DNA of 64,000 bases, from NCBI GenBank assembly GCA_026023565.1, contig JAPETS010000067.1:1-64000 (forward strand), given 5' to 3'. Below are positions 26,916 through 37,650 of the stretch, in pieces. The DNA is from Cirrosporium novae-zelandiae. Its lineage: Eukaryota. The first letter of the stretch is position 1; each line of letters starts with the position of its first letter. The notes beneath the pieces are model-generated. The model was not told the DNA's origin, did no database searches, and saw nothing but the letters and a program-made list of their open reading frames with translations. The position numbers and the translations under genes were made by a program.

Positions 26916-27812
26916 ACCAGTGTCCCAGTGTTCTAGCACAATCTACTAGCCTTTGGAAGGTTGATAAGTAATAGTAATAACGTCTTTATATGGTGTCTTT
27001 GCTTAGGGTAATAAGATCGGGTATGATTTCATACAACTCAGTAGCTCGGGTTACTATTAGACAATAGCTCTGTCTTAAAGAAATATATCCTTAAAGTTTA
27101 CCTAGTGCCTTATCAAACCATACATTATCTAGACGAGATAACAATTTCGTTAGAATATGCCAGGAAGCATGTCCAAATGAGCGATGCTTTGATCAGAAGC
27201 TTGCTCAATTGTATATACTCTCAGCGTGATAGCCAAAATCCTGATTAGGTAGAGAGGTGGATGACAATAATCGTGAGGAATGGACCACTGTCGAAAATAT
27301 GAGGTGAAAGCAGCAGTGTGTATTGTGTGTGTGGGGGGGTAATAGAAGTAGATGACAAAAGGTACATGTAACAAGCCAAAAGTATGGGAGCTTCAAGTAA
27401 GTATTTTGTGCATTGCATGGAGAGGCATGGGGTAGTGAATATTCCAAGTAGAACGAAACTTATGAAAAGTATGCGATCTATACTATCTAATTAGTCTTGG
27501 AACGGAATAATTATGCCGAAATATCATCCATCTTAGCCAAGAAAAGCCGGAGTTCTATTAACTAACTTGACTCAAAATAATAAGGCTAGATATTTCTTTT
27601 TTCTTCTTCATTCTTTTTTTTTCGCTATGACTTTTTAAGACAACAATCATCACAGAATTTCATAACCAAAAGTACCAATACCATCATCATCATCTAGTTA
27701 TGTCATTCCAAACCCCATAACTTCCCCTTCTCTCTGACATCAGCCTCTCCAGGGACACCAAAAAGAAAAGAAAAAAAGGACAGAAAAGCAACTTTTCCAC
27801 TTCCACTGACGG

Positions 27813-29103
27813 CTAACATTTAATGCCCCTAAGAGAATCCCACCCTTCGAAACCACACTATTCAGAAGCTTTGGCGTACCTCCAGGGAACGCGATGCTCC
27901 CGGCGACGGGTATCTTCACAGCAGCCGTCTCTGGTACCGATGGTGGTGGTGAAAACGACTTTTGGGTTAGTAAAATCGGGATAGGTCTTTTGATTGATTT
28001 GTTGGTTGGGAAGAGAAAAAAGGGAGCGAGGTAGTGAGTCAGAGAGAAAGGGGGGGATGGGGGAGGAGCCACAGCTGGTCTAACTACAGGGAAAACTACT
28101 TACTTGTATAATAAACAAACCTCATCAGATCCAGCGTCGGTGTTGAGATCGAAAATGCAGATACCGAAATCTTGGAGCTTGTGTGCGCAGGTGCCTCCCC
28201 GGTTTTCGTTATCGCAGGTATATTCCTAGGATGTTGGTGTTAGCTCATTAAGTCCGAAAGTCTGTGAGGATATTTTTTGGGGGGCGAGGTTGCATTATTG
28301 CATACTCCCGGATGACTCTTCTTTTCCTCTAATATGGTGGTGGTGGTATCTACACAAGCCTCGTGGGGGTGGAGGTTCACCTCATCTACTGGCGATTCCG
28401 AGGTTGTATCCTCGTGCCTCTTTTCATGTTCCGAAATTTCGTCGGCGGAGGTAGCGGACCTCTCTTTATTATTTACGTTCCAGTTACATAGATAACTCAA
28501 GACCCCACCGTCAAGGCCAAATTGTGTCAGATCAGCGGATCCAGGATATTCGAGAGACATAACCGGTCTGTCAAATTCGCGGCAGTATGTCGTACTTTTT
28601 CACGCACACATACACATAGTTAGAAGGTTGCTATCGTGTAGCGAAAACGTCTGTATTGTAATCAAATCAAGGTATTCAAACGGTTGGATAGGTGTTTAAT
28701 TAGGATCAAACATACCTAAAAATGGCACACGTGATCCCCGGATCTGGTCCAAATGAAAATGCCGCACTGTCTATTACTGTATTCCCTATGTAATTACAAT
28801 ACTCGTCGGATCCACCGAGTGGCTTGATCTCATGGCTGCAGGTGCCGCTCCAGCCCTTATCGGAGCAGATGTAGACCTAAGGAGGCCTTCCATGTTAGTT
28901 ACGTTTTGGGACATAGACGAAGGGAGAATGGTGGTAGAACGTACGCCTGGAATATTATCTGCCCTCTGTTCGATACTTGGTTTATTGGGGGGCGATAAGT
29001 TGTTGATATTAGGGTTAGGATGAGCATAGCCTATGCTTGCGAGAATGAGGGTGAGGGTTTGGGCGATGATTATGTAGGAATGAGAATACATTGTGATCAA
29101 CAT
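27813..29103 (-). CDS. Small secreted Cys-rich protein with two tandem beta/gamma-crystallin-like (SFGPD-type) domains; second domain degenerate
   Basis: Signal peptide (TLTLILASIGYA-HP). Exons 29103-28945, 28876-28716, 28594-28296 and 28225-28104 splice in frame to give PGVYICSDKGWSGTC...CNY...SFGPDPGITCAIF...C...LEYPGSADL...SYLC, then PGEYTCDNENRGGTC...C...C. The last exon is ambiguous. The fold name is an inference. Confidence 0.65.
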
Positions 29104-29704
29104 AGATCAGAGGTTCAGTAAGATGATGACGTGGAACAATAGGGAGACAAACGGGATTAGCTTCAGGGGACGGATAGCGGTATTTAGGATGCCAGTAGGA
29201 TGAATATGATATAGAAAAGAAAATAATAAGAACTCGAGAAAACCAAGGAATAAGAAAATGGTATGCTATATGTACTCGAAGGTGGTACGTAGCGTAGCGT
29301 GTATATCTACGTACTTGGTCAAACTACATTCTAAAAAAATATGAAGTTATCCTTATGTGTCAGGATTATGAACCATGATCAAAGTTATTCCAATGACCGT
29401 GAGAATTGAAGAATAAACACCACAGCCCATGTGGCTCTGCAGATATCCGAGTCGCACAAGCAGGGCAAACAAAACGGTCTGGAAAGAAAAGCAAACATGC
29501 GCCGCTATGATGAATTGGAATCGGAATTTCAAAGCTTGGGGATGTCGGATATTTGAGAGTGTAGTAAAACAAACACAAAGATCAGTAAGTTAAGAGGGGT
29601 ACGGATTAATGCAGAACAACACCCGTGATTGTTTAATCCTAAATTACGGTTTGACGTCCTTTTTGAGTTTATATGATGTTATATACGACTTACGAGCATA
29701 TCAT

Positions 29705-31168
29705 TCATCCCAGAGATGCCGCCCATGGTTGATAATCCTCAGCCATAAATATCTTCTCCAACTGTCGTCGTCGAATCCCAACGTTCCCACCATCAAATAT
29801 CGGAAGTACCAAAGCGTCATTCATCAAGCGGGAGAATGGCTGGTCAAGGCTGTAAGAGGTCCTATCCAATTAGGTTAGCGATATATTCAGCTGTGGCGAG
29901 GAAAGAACGTACACCCCAACTGCTTTCATCGCATCAAATACGGACTTGACTGCATTCTCGGAACAAAATATCTTAGCCTCAAGTGCATATTCAAGTCTGT
30001 GCTTATGATCCCCAGGGCCTTCGTGTAAACAATGTAGAGCTTTCCACACAAGGTATCTGGAAGCCTCTGTTCGCATCTTAATATCCATCAACAAATCTGC
30101 AACACTCTGCCTTTGAAGAATTGGTACATCCCCGCCTCTTGTCTCTATTTTGGAAAAAGTGAGCGCTGCATCGAAAGATGCCCGCATTATTCCAACAGCC
30201 ATGGCGCCTACAAGGGCAGCAGAGGCTGAGAAGGATGTTTCTACTAGTTCAGCCCCAATGTTTGTACCAGGAGCAGCGAGAAGATTGGTGCGCGGAACGC
30301 GGAAGTTGGTGTAACGAATCTGAGGGCCCGTCACAGCAGTATGCCCAGCAGTTTCTACATGCTTAAGGACTTGGAATGCAGATGAATCATTTGATGCGAT
30401 AACAGAACGAGTGACAAGAAGAATAAGGATGGATTTGCGTGGATCGGAGTCGATAGAATCGGGAGAATCATTTCGGCATACAACGCATTGGAGATCTGGT
30501 CCAAGGTCATCCCAACCCGCGCTGTTGGTCGCCCACATCTAGAGAGAGGTGTTAATAGAGCTAGCTATCGCTTCAACATCTCCACTGCCGGCCAGTCTCC
30601 TTTGTGATTGGACAGTCACAATTAATTCTGTAAAACAGTTGATGTAGTATTAGAGAGAAAGCCTTACCTTCTCGCCATTAATAATCCAGTCTTCTCCGTC
30701 TTTCCTTGCAGTAGTTTGCAGGCCCTTGCCTCCTTTCTCTAACCAGTTTGCCGTTCCACCTGGCTCGGAATGAACCAAACTCGCCATAGGCTCCCCTTCA
30801 CCACTCAAAAACGGCTCAAGGAACTTACGCCTCTGCTCTTCACTCCCTCCAGCAATTAAAGGCGACAGACCTAGGCCGGTGCCTAAAATTGTGAGAGACA
30901 CACTTGGTTCTACAGAATAAAGCTCCTCGACAAGAATTGCAGCCTCAACAAGACTCCCGCCTGCCCCGCCCAGGGCGGTTGGGATTTGGGCTTTGATCAG
31001 CCCAGATTTGACAGCTTCGCGGTAGATTGGGCGAGTAGATTGAAAACGTTTATGGTAATCTGAATATTCTTCATATGTTGCTCTTGCTCCAGATAAGACA
31101 TTGGTAGCAAAAGCTCTAGCAGCATCACGAACGCCAGCTTGGGTCTCTGAAAGGGTGAAATCGATCAT
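29705..31168 (-). CDS. Nitroalkane oxidase (FAD, acyl-CoA dehydrogenase fold)
   Basis: Three exons. MIDFTLS..., RFQSTRPIYREAV, GEPMASLVHSEPGGTANWLEKGG.GLQTTAR, WATNSAGWD..G.DLQCVVCR, SAALVGAMAVG, QSVAD. The last exon (29861-29705) encodes LPIFDGGNVGIRRRQ, matching the catalytic Asp402/Arg409 region of Fusarium oxysporum NAO. Confidence 0.9.
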
Positions 31169-31833
31169 GGTGATTAGATTGTATGAATATAATTATCAAG
31201 GAGTATGGAAAAGGGCATATTACAAATATGAGGCATGGAGCTCTTGCTAATAAGATTGATAAGCACTAAACAGTAGGTCATATCGGATTGGAGAGCTTAC
31301 TAGGGCGGCTGCGGGGTCGGACCATACACCGAGGGCGCTAAGCGGCCGCTCGTGCATAAAGTTAATAAGGGGATTGGGTTGTCTCCACCGAGAGCAGGAG
31401 AGTAAATATGCCCACCATTCCCTCCTTGAGAGAATTTAAAAATCTAAAAGACCTGAAGGTTCAACCCATTCGTGGTAATCTATAACCGTTTTCACAAATT
31501 TCGTCTATTGACCTTGGGCATTGCTGTTAAAATTGATACCTCTGTGTCTTAACTTTTTCGTCATCAGAATCGGTCTCCAGCTCACCACCTCAAAATATCC
31601 TCTAGGGTGGAGGATCCTAACCAGTCAGCTAACAATAGAAGCAGTGAGCCTGCTTGGAAGTCGTGAGTCTGAACTATGTGTATAAATCTTAACATCATTA
31701 GAGTGTCGCGCTTCAATATAAAAGATGATGTTATTCCATGAAGGACTAGCAACGCTGCAGTTTCCTTTTCCCTTTGACACCGGGACCCTCACAATACCAC
31801 TCTCTGGTTTTTAAATATCCAGTGCCTTCCTCG

Positions 31834-32600
31834 ATGACTTTTTACCCAGAAAGAACCTTGGTTGTGATAGGATCTGGGCCAGGAATTGCTGTTGCTGTTG
31901 CCTCCGCATTTGCGCAGAATGGATTCAGTCACGTCGCACTCCTTTCGAGAGACAAGGCACGGTTGTCATCTGATCGAGAAACGGTCTTGCAGAATGCAGA
32001 AAGAAATGGGAAAATCGTTCAAGTGAGGACATGGAACGTTGATATTACCGATTCACAAGCACTGGAAGATACATTCAAAGAGGTACAGAGTTTTGGAACT
32101 ATTGAATGCATTCTCTTCAACGCTGCTCGTGTTGGTCCAAGCAGCTTCTTTGAATTTCCAGAGACGGAAATTATGCGGGACTTCCAGGTAAGTCTATCAG
32201 TGGTCGGCAAAGATCGGTAATAATATCTAAAGGCTATTAGACCACCAATATCGCTTTATACAACACAGCAAAATTTTGGCTGCCAAACCTTCTCCTTAGC
32301 AAGGCATCTCCAGATTCAAAGCCAACGCTTCTTGTCACAAATAGTCTTTTGTGGGAAGATCCTATTCCACAGCTCTTTTCGCTATCTATGGTCAAGGCTG
32401 CCCAGAGAAATTTGGTGATGAGTCTTTCTAAGCAGTATGCAGATGAAAAGACACGAATTGGATTAATCTCCGTGGGTGGTCCTGTCGACATAAACCATCC
32501 ACGATTCAACCCGACATCAATTGCGGAGAGAACCTGGGAGTATTTCGCAAAGAATAGTAACGATTGGGCGTTTGAGACAATTATTCTCGAGAGGGAATAA
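31834..32600 (+). CDS. Atypical short-chain dehydrogenase/reductase
   Basis: Rossmann motif LVVIGSGPGIA, VALLSR, VDITD, ILFNAARV. Intron 32188-32240. Second exon has LLVTNS..., LFSLSMVKAAQRNL and P..IAERTWE. Confidence 0.85.
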
Positions 32601-32671
32601 CATTAATCAGACAGAAATCGTATATTGCCAAGGATATTTTAGTGCCGTGAAAGTTAACCAGGTATTTTAGA

Positions 32672-34563
32672 TTATTGCATATTGGTCAATGACGCTTTGG
32701 ATAATAACAACGTGTTTTCAATGGCACTTAGGTATACATCTAAATGACAATATATTAATCAGAATAGATGAAACCCAAAAAGATTTGCTACTCACCTGCA
32801 TTTTTCCAAACTTGCAAAAGCTTGCTCATAAAATCTCTCAATACATCGAGAGTGTCGTCGAAGCTAGTGGTGATAGGACAGCCCTTCATCTGGCCAAGAC
32901 GTATATGCAGATATGCAGCTTGGTATGATCCATATAGACATGGGGGACTGAGTTGGATGAAATGGTCACTCGGAAAGACACGGAGAATATCTACCCACAT
33001 GGCAATGAGACCGGTAATGGCAACTTGCGAAAGTGATGCAGCCTGCTGGCACGCCTCGCTCGCAACATTAATGGTTGATTCCAGCTGGTATTGATGGAGC
33101 AAAAACAATGCGCTACGATGATATTAGCTCCGGTTTGAATAAAAATTCTGGTAGGAAATTAACTTACGATAATGAGAGTGCAATTGAACCGCAATATTTT
33201 GTGAAACTTCCAGCCTGCGTTGCATTTTCCTGGATAATAGTCAACAAAGCTTGTAAGCTTTGATCAAAGTCAGAGACACGTTCCATTAGTAAATCAAGAC
33301 TAGGTTTTTGAAACTTCAAATCTAGAATTGTCCCGAGCAAGTAGCTAACTTGGGCTAAACGGCAAAAGCTGCCTGCCCATTGGCTAAAGGGTGTGGAGAT
33401 TGGAAAGCAACAGTGAGATGGGGACCAATCGTCTGTCATACTATTCCATACAGAATCATCCATAGACGGTAAATAAAAATCAAGATTCGGATTTTCGACT
33501 ACCAATGGTCGCATGTGTTCGCTATCTTGCAGTCGCAGGATCCTTTTACCCTATGAGAATCATCATCTTTATCGATATATTGGGGGGGTAATACATAATG
33601 GGAGATCTACCTGTCCGCAATGAGAACACCCCACCATATGCGTCTTTTCTCCTCCAACGCCCATGATTGAAGTGGCGCTTCGCAAAGTCCAGGATGCGCA
33701 TTCTGATGCAGCCCCAAATCATAGCCCATGACAGTACAGCTCCAGATTGTGAGATATGCAGACTCAAGGGCATTATCTTGCATTTCGTAAATAGCAATTA
33801 AGAGGCCAGACTGGACCATATCCAGCGAAGGTCTTCTCAGGGACTGTAAAGTGGAAAACATGCATTTGGCGGTAATGTATATAGACCTTGCAGTATCATC
33901 TACTTCTGCACTTTGGTTAGACCAGCATTTACCCAATATATGCATGGATAAGAGCAGCATGGCGAATTCTGCATCATGGTTGCTCCTGAAGCCCTCCAGC
34001 CGCTCATAGAAGCGCTTTTTATATAGCGTCGTTAACCATGTGTGTGTCGTTGCAAAATACGTTTCTGCGACTTTCTCAAGACTTTTCTCGGTAGCATTAA
34101 TAATGGCCACAACTTTCATCGTTATACTACGGTCCAAGTCTGGATGCAGCACTTGGGGGGTGTTCTGTACGTCCTGTCGTTGCACAAGGCTTGGTATTTC
34201 CTTTTGCTCTCGATCTAAGGTTGGCAACTCAGAAGCAAGACCAAGCTCGTAAATTTGAAGGAGGTGGAACAGAATCTCCGTTTGGCGTGGGCCTTTCAAG
34301 TTTAAATCCCGCACTAAGGTCTTAGAGAGTGGTGTGGCGGTGGTAGGATTGTGGTCATATCGGCAGGATATTCCAAGGCTTGGTGGCACCAATGGTTAGC
34401 TTTCCAGGAAAGATGGGAGGATTCAGACGCCCTACTGTATGCATCGTTCACAACTAGGTCGCATCTTGTTGCATCGTTTCTTCCGTGATTTGCATTGTAG
34501 GCATACTTGAGATGACACAAATTGTGGTGAACCTGCCGAGCTCCCAGAGCCAATACTAGACAT
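32672..34563 (-). CDS. Zn(II)2Cys6 fungal transcription factor with fungal-specific TF (MHR) domain
   Basis: Exons 1+2 give CLQCKSRKKRCNKMRPSCERCI/HLGISCRY (complete C6 cluster). YFATTHTWL, VQSGLLIAIYE, AYLTIWSC...LGLH and EEKRRIWWGVLIADR follow. Five exons end ...SLTNMQ*. Confidence 0.9.
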
Positions 34564-34931
34564 TATTATCCAATTTTCGTTTACGATATAAGTTTCAAAA
34601 GTAGCAGAATAACCACCAAACCTTGTCCCAGAAAAAAGAAATTTAAAAAGTTTGAGATAGAGCTTAGATCTTGGGAGTTTGTCTCAATTGATATCTAAAT
34701 GATGTTTGTCAGATAGATCTCTGACCCTGCTTTGTTTCTAATAATACAATTACTTTGATACCTACTAATTAGGTAGGTACTTAGCAATTACCTAATTAAT
34801 TACCTGCGCCGTAATCTTCGGCTGAGAAATACACCGAATGCCCGATTACCTTATCCCGCATGCCCCACGATTTGATTCCATCCTCTATATTTCTTACCTT
34901 GTTTGTCAACAACATATTCTACATCATTAAC

Positions 34932-35861
34932 ATGACTTTATTGTACTTCACCCGCTTTCGTAAACCTGCCCTGGATCGCCTCTACTCTCGTGGCATCTCA
35001 TCTGTGTCTATGACTACGGTGCCTAGAGGGGCCTGGGACAGTCATCTCCATGTTACTGATCCTGAGATCTTTCCTATATCATCCAAGGCGACATACAAGC
35101 CACACTCGGCCCTTTTACCACAGGCTTTCGATAATGCCAGACGACTTAATCTGCCAAATCTTGTCTTTGTGCAGCCTTCTACCTATGGCATCGACAATGC
35201 ATGTCTCCTCGACGCTCTTCGGAAAGTGGGCCCTCTAAATGGCCGGGGAGTAATCGTCATTGATCCGAAAACCATTAAGCTCGAGACACTTCGTATGTAT
35301 CACACATTAGGTGTTCGAGGTGTGCGTATCAATTTAAAGTCTGTTTCCACCAAGATGGCACCGAAAGAATTAACAGATATGTTGCGGCTACATGCTGAGG
35401 CAATACGACCACTGAGGACGTGGGCATTACAATTGTACCTTGATATGGAACTCCTGGATGAAATCGGAGACTTCCTTACAGATCTTAGTATGAAGGTTGT
35501 ACTCGATCATTTCGGCACCCCAAAAGAGCTAACATCGGACTTGTCTAAAATACCTGGCTGGAAAGCGATGTGTAAATTCATGGAGCATCCAGAGGCCTAT
35601 GTCAAGATCTCAGCACCCTACCGTATGTCAAAGGATCCCCAATTCAAAGACTTGGAGGCAATTGCCAAGGAGCTGTTAAGCATGAGAAACGGTGAGGGGG
35701 TGGTATTTGCTTCGGACTGGCCCCACACAAGATTCGAAGGAGTTGATGTCGTGCCTTTTGTTGAAAGGTGCTTAGAATGGTGCGCAGATAATGTTCAGCT
35801 CCGTGAAAGATTATTTCGAGATAACGCGAAACGATTATGGGACGTTTCACATTCTGAATGA
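34932..35861 (+). CDS. Amidohydrolase_2-family TIM-barrel hydrolase (LigI/2-pyrone-4,6-dicarboxylate lactonase-like)
   Basis: Intronless. WDSHLHV, VFVQPSTYGIDN.CLLDAL, GVRGVRINL, VVLDHFG, YVKISAPYR, VFASDWPHT, DNAKRLW. Alternative start at 35010. Confidence 0.88.
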   Translation: MTLLYFTRFRKPALDRLYSRGISSVSMTTVPRGAWDSHLHVTDPEIFPISSKATYKPHSALLPQAFDNARRLNLPNLVFVQPSTYGIDNACLLDALRKVGPLNGRGVIVIDPKTIKLETLRMYHTLGVRGVRINLKSVSTKMAPKELTDMLRLHAEAIRPLRTWALQLYLDMELLDEIGDFLTDLSMKVVLDHFGTPKELTSDLSKIPGWKAMCKFMEHPEAYVKISAPYRMSKDPQFKDLEAIAKELLSMRNGEGVVFASDWPHTRFEGVDVVPFVERCLEWCADNVQLRERLFRDNAKRLWDVSHSE

Positions 35862-36904
35862 CTAAATATACCATTCAGAATGATGCACCAGTCATTGTTC
35901 GTCAACGCGATTTGATATTACTACTCGCAAAGGGTTTGGTCAATGTACCTAACTTAAAGAAGGTTATGGCAATTGCCTATGCTATGCTATGCTATGATAT
36001 GACCGTATTTCTAGGATAAGCCCCAGGTGCGAACCTGCAAGGCGTGTCTAGGTTCGTGGAACAGCTATTGCTTCGTCAATATAGACTTTTCAGATGCTGT
36101 CTGATTCAGCAAAGAACCGGTTCTACACTTTAGGACAGTCAAAGAAGACTATAACAAGTACCAGCACTAATATGGCAAAGGCACCCATACAATTTACCTC
36201 CAATGTTGTCATCATACTGTTCATGCATACACAGACAGCTGAGCATGGGCTTTGCCTTTTCGTTATGTTCTTTTCGTCCAAAATCATAAGGACTCTCGGG
36301 AGTGGAAGTGCAACCTATAATCCCTACTAGTCAAGATCATCCAGCAGTGAGGATTGCCCAAGAGTATTGTTAGCAGTGAAATATAGTATTTCACATTCCT
36401 ATTTCATCAAAGCTCCACTCGAAGTTTTGCATAAGATGAAGCTTATGTTAGAATATAGTACCTACACTCCAGGAGTTACGGCATCCTGGTCTGTGCGTTT
36501 TAGTGTATAGTCAGCGTCTGCTTCCACAATCCAGCTTGTTGCATCTCATTCGTTCTAACAGCTTGTTATTCCACTACTATATAAAATAATATCTATGCAA
36601 ATGAAGGCAAAAGGCATACACTACAAGACAAGCCACAGCCGAGGGTTTCAAACCTTGCTCCAACATCGCTTCCCCCGAATAAGTACCAAGTGCTCGATTT
36701 CATCCACCATCCCTAATGGAGGCCTAACTATCTATCCATGACATTCCCGTTGCAAACAGCCAGAATTGCATCCAAAAATAAACACTACTCATGACCTCAA
36801 CTATCTCCCACGTTTAAGAAAAGCATCCCATCACCTCCATCGAAGATCTATGGGTCATTTTTGAGCCTTTGAGTATCATGCCAATGAAATAAAGATGACA
36901 TACC

Positions 36905-37162
36905 TCACTTGGCCTCTGCATCACGAGTTCCAAGCACCGCAGCTGCATCCGCAGCATCAATCTCGTCCTGGTAAGGATTCACACCAACTTCATCCACAGT
37001 ATCTTCCGCGACCAAGACAAGAGCTGCAACCGCATCGGCTCTTTTAACGGGAGCAGATACAGGTTCATGGACAGAAGCTTCTGATCTCTCGAGGCTGTCT
37101 GGAACCGGAACTGCGATGGCTCCGAGGGAGAAAAGAAGAACAAAGACGGTGGAAAGCTGCAT
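36905..37162 (-). CDS. 85-aa secreted peptide, candidate RiPP (dikaritin-type) precursor
   Basis: Signal peptide MQLSTVFVLLFSLGAIA-VP, one KR dibasic site, and an acidic Ala-rich C-terminal half with a single Tyr (EDTVDEVGVNPYQDEID). Two TATAAA boxes upstream. Head-to-head with a DUF3328 gene. Confidence 0.75.
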   Translation of the reverse strand: MQLSTVFVLLFSLGAIAVPVPDSLERSEASVHEPVSAPVKRADAVAALVLVAEDTVDEVGVNPYQDEIDAADAAAVLGTRDAEAK

Positions 37163-37254
37163 GGCCTTTTTTGTATGTGTGTATTGGGTGTTGATTGATG
37201 GGGGTTAAGATTCTTTGAGAGATTCTGGTACTCACGGCTGTTAGGTAGGCAGTC

Positions 37255-37269
37255 TTTATATGCTTTATA
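37255..37269 (-). promoter_or_regulatory. Tandem TATA boxes upstream of the peptide gene
   Basis: Minus strand reads TATAAAgcaTATAAA about 95-107 nt before the ATG at 37162. Confidence 0.55.
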
Positions 37270-37650
37270 TCTAGATGAGGAATCATGGAACCCCACCCCC
37301 CCTCCTAGCTTTCAGAACGTGCCCCTGCCTAGAAAGGGCCGTTGCGCGAGCATGTCAGCTTATATCAAACCCCGCATTCCGTTTGAGACTGTGTTGGCCA
37401 GTTGACTATGCTCACGTCAGATCTACCCGGAGGAATGGCTTACTTTCAGTATTCCGCTTTACAGATATCATAACAGGGCGTTGCAGAAATGCAATACTGG
37501 TTGTTGAACTAAACTAATAGCGATTATCCTTCCCCCCAGGCCACACTCAACATCAGCTGCCGTTCTATCCGTTCTCACCTATTCCTCAAGATATTATTTA
37601 CAGCACTCTTGAACGAAACCCTTCATGCGCACCACTGCAGTTCTCCCAAT

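Noticed and set aside
29705..31168. Ordinary acyl-CoA dehydrogenase call
   Set aside because: It has NAO-specific motifs (HSEP.GTANWL, PIFDGGN with Asp) rather than the catalytic Glu pattern of ACADs.
36979..37517. ORFs overlapping the peptide gene and its promoter (36979-37296, 37065-37286, 37275-37517)
   Set aside because: Alternative frames with no signal peptide or motif; they run across the TATA boxes of the better-supported 85-aa gene.
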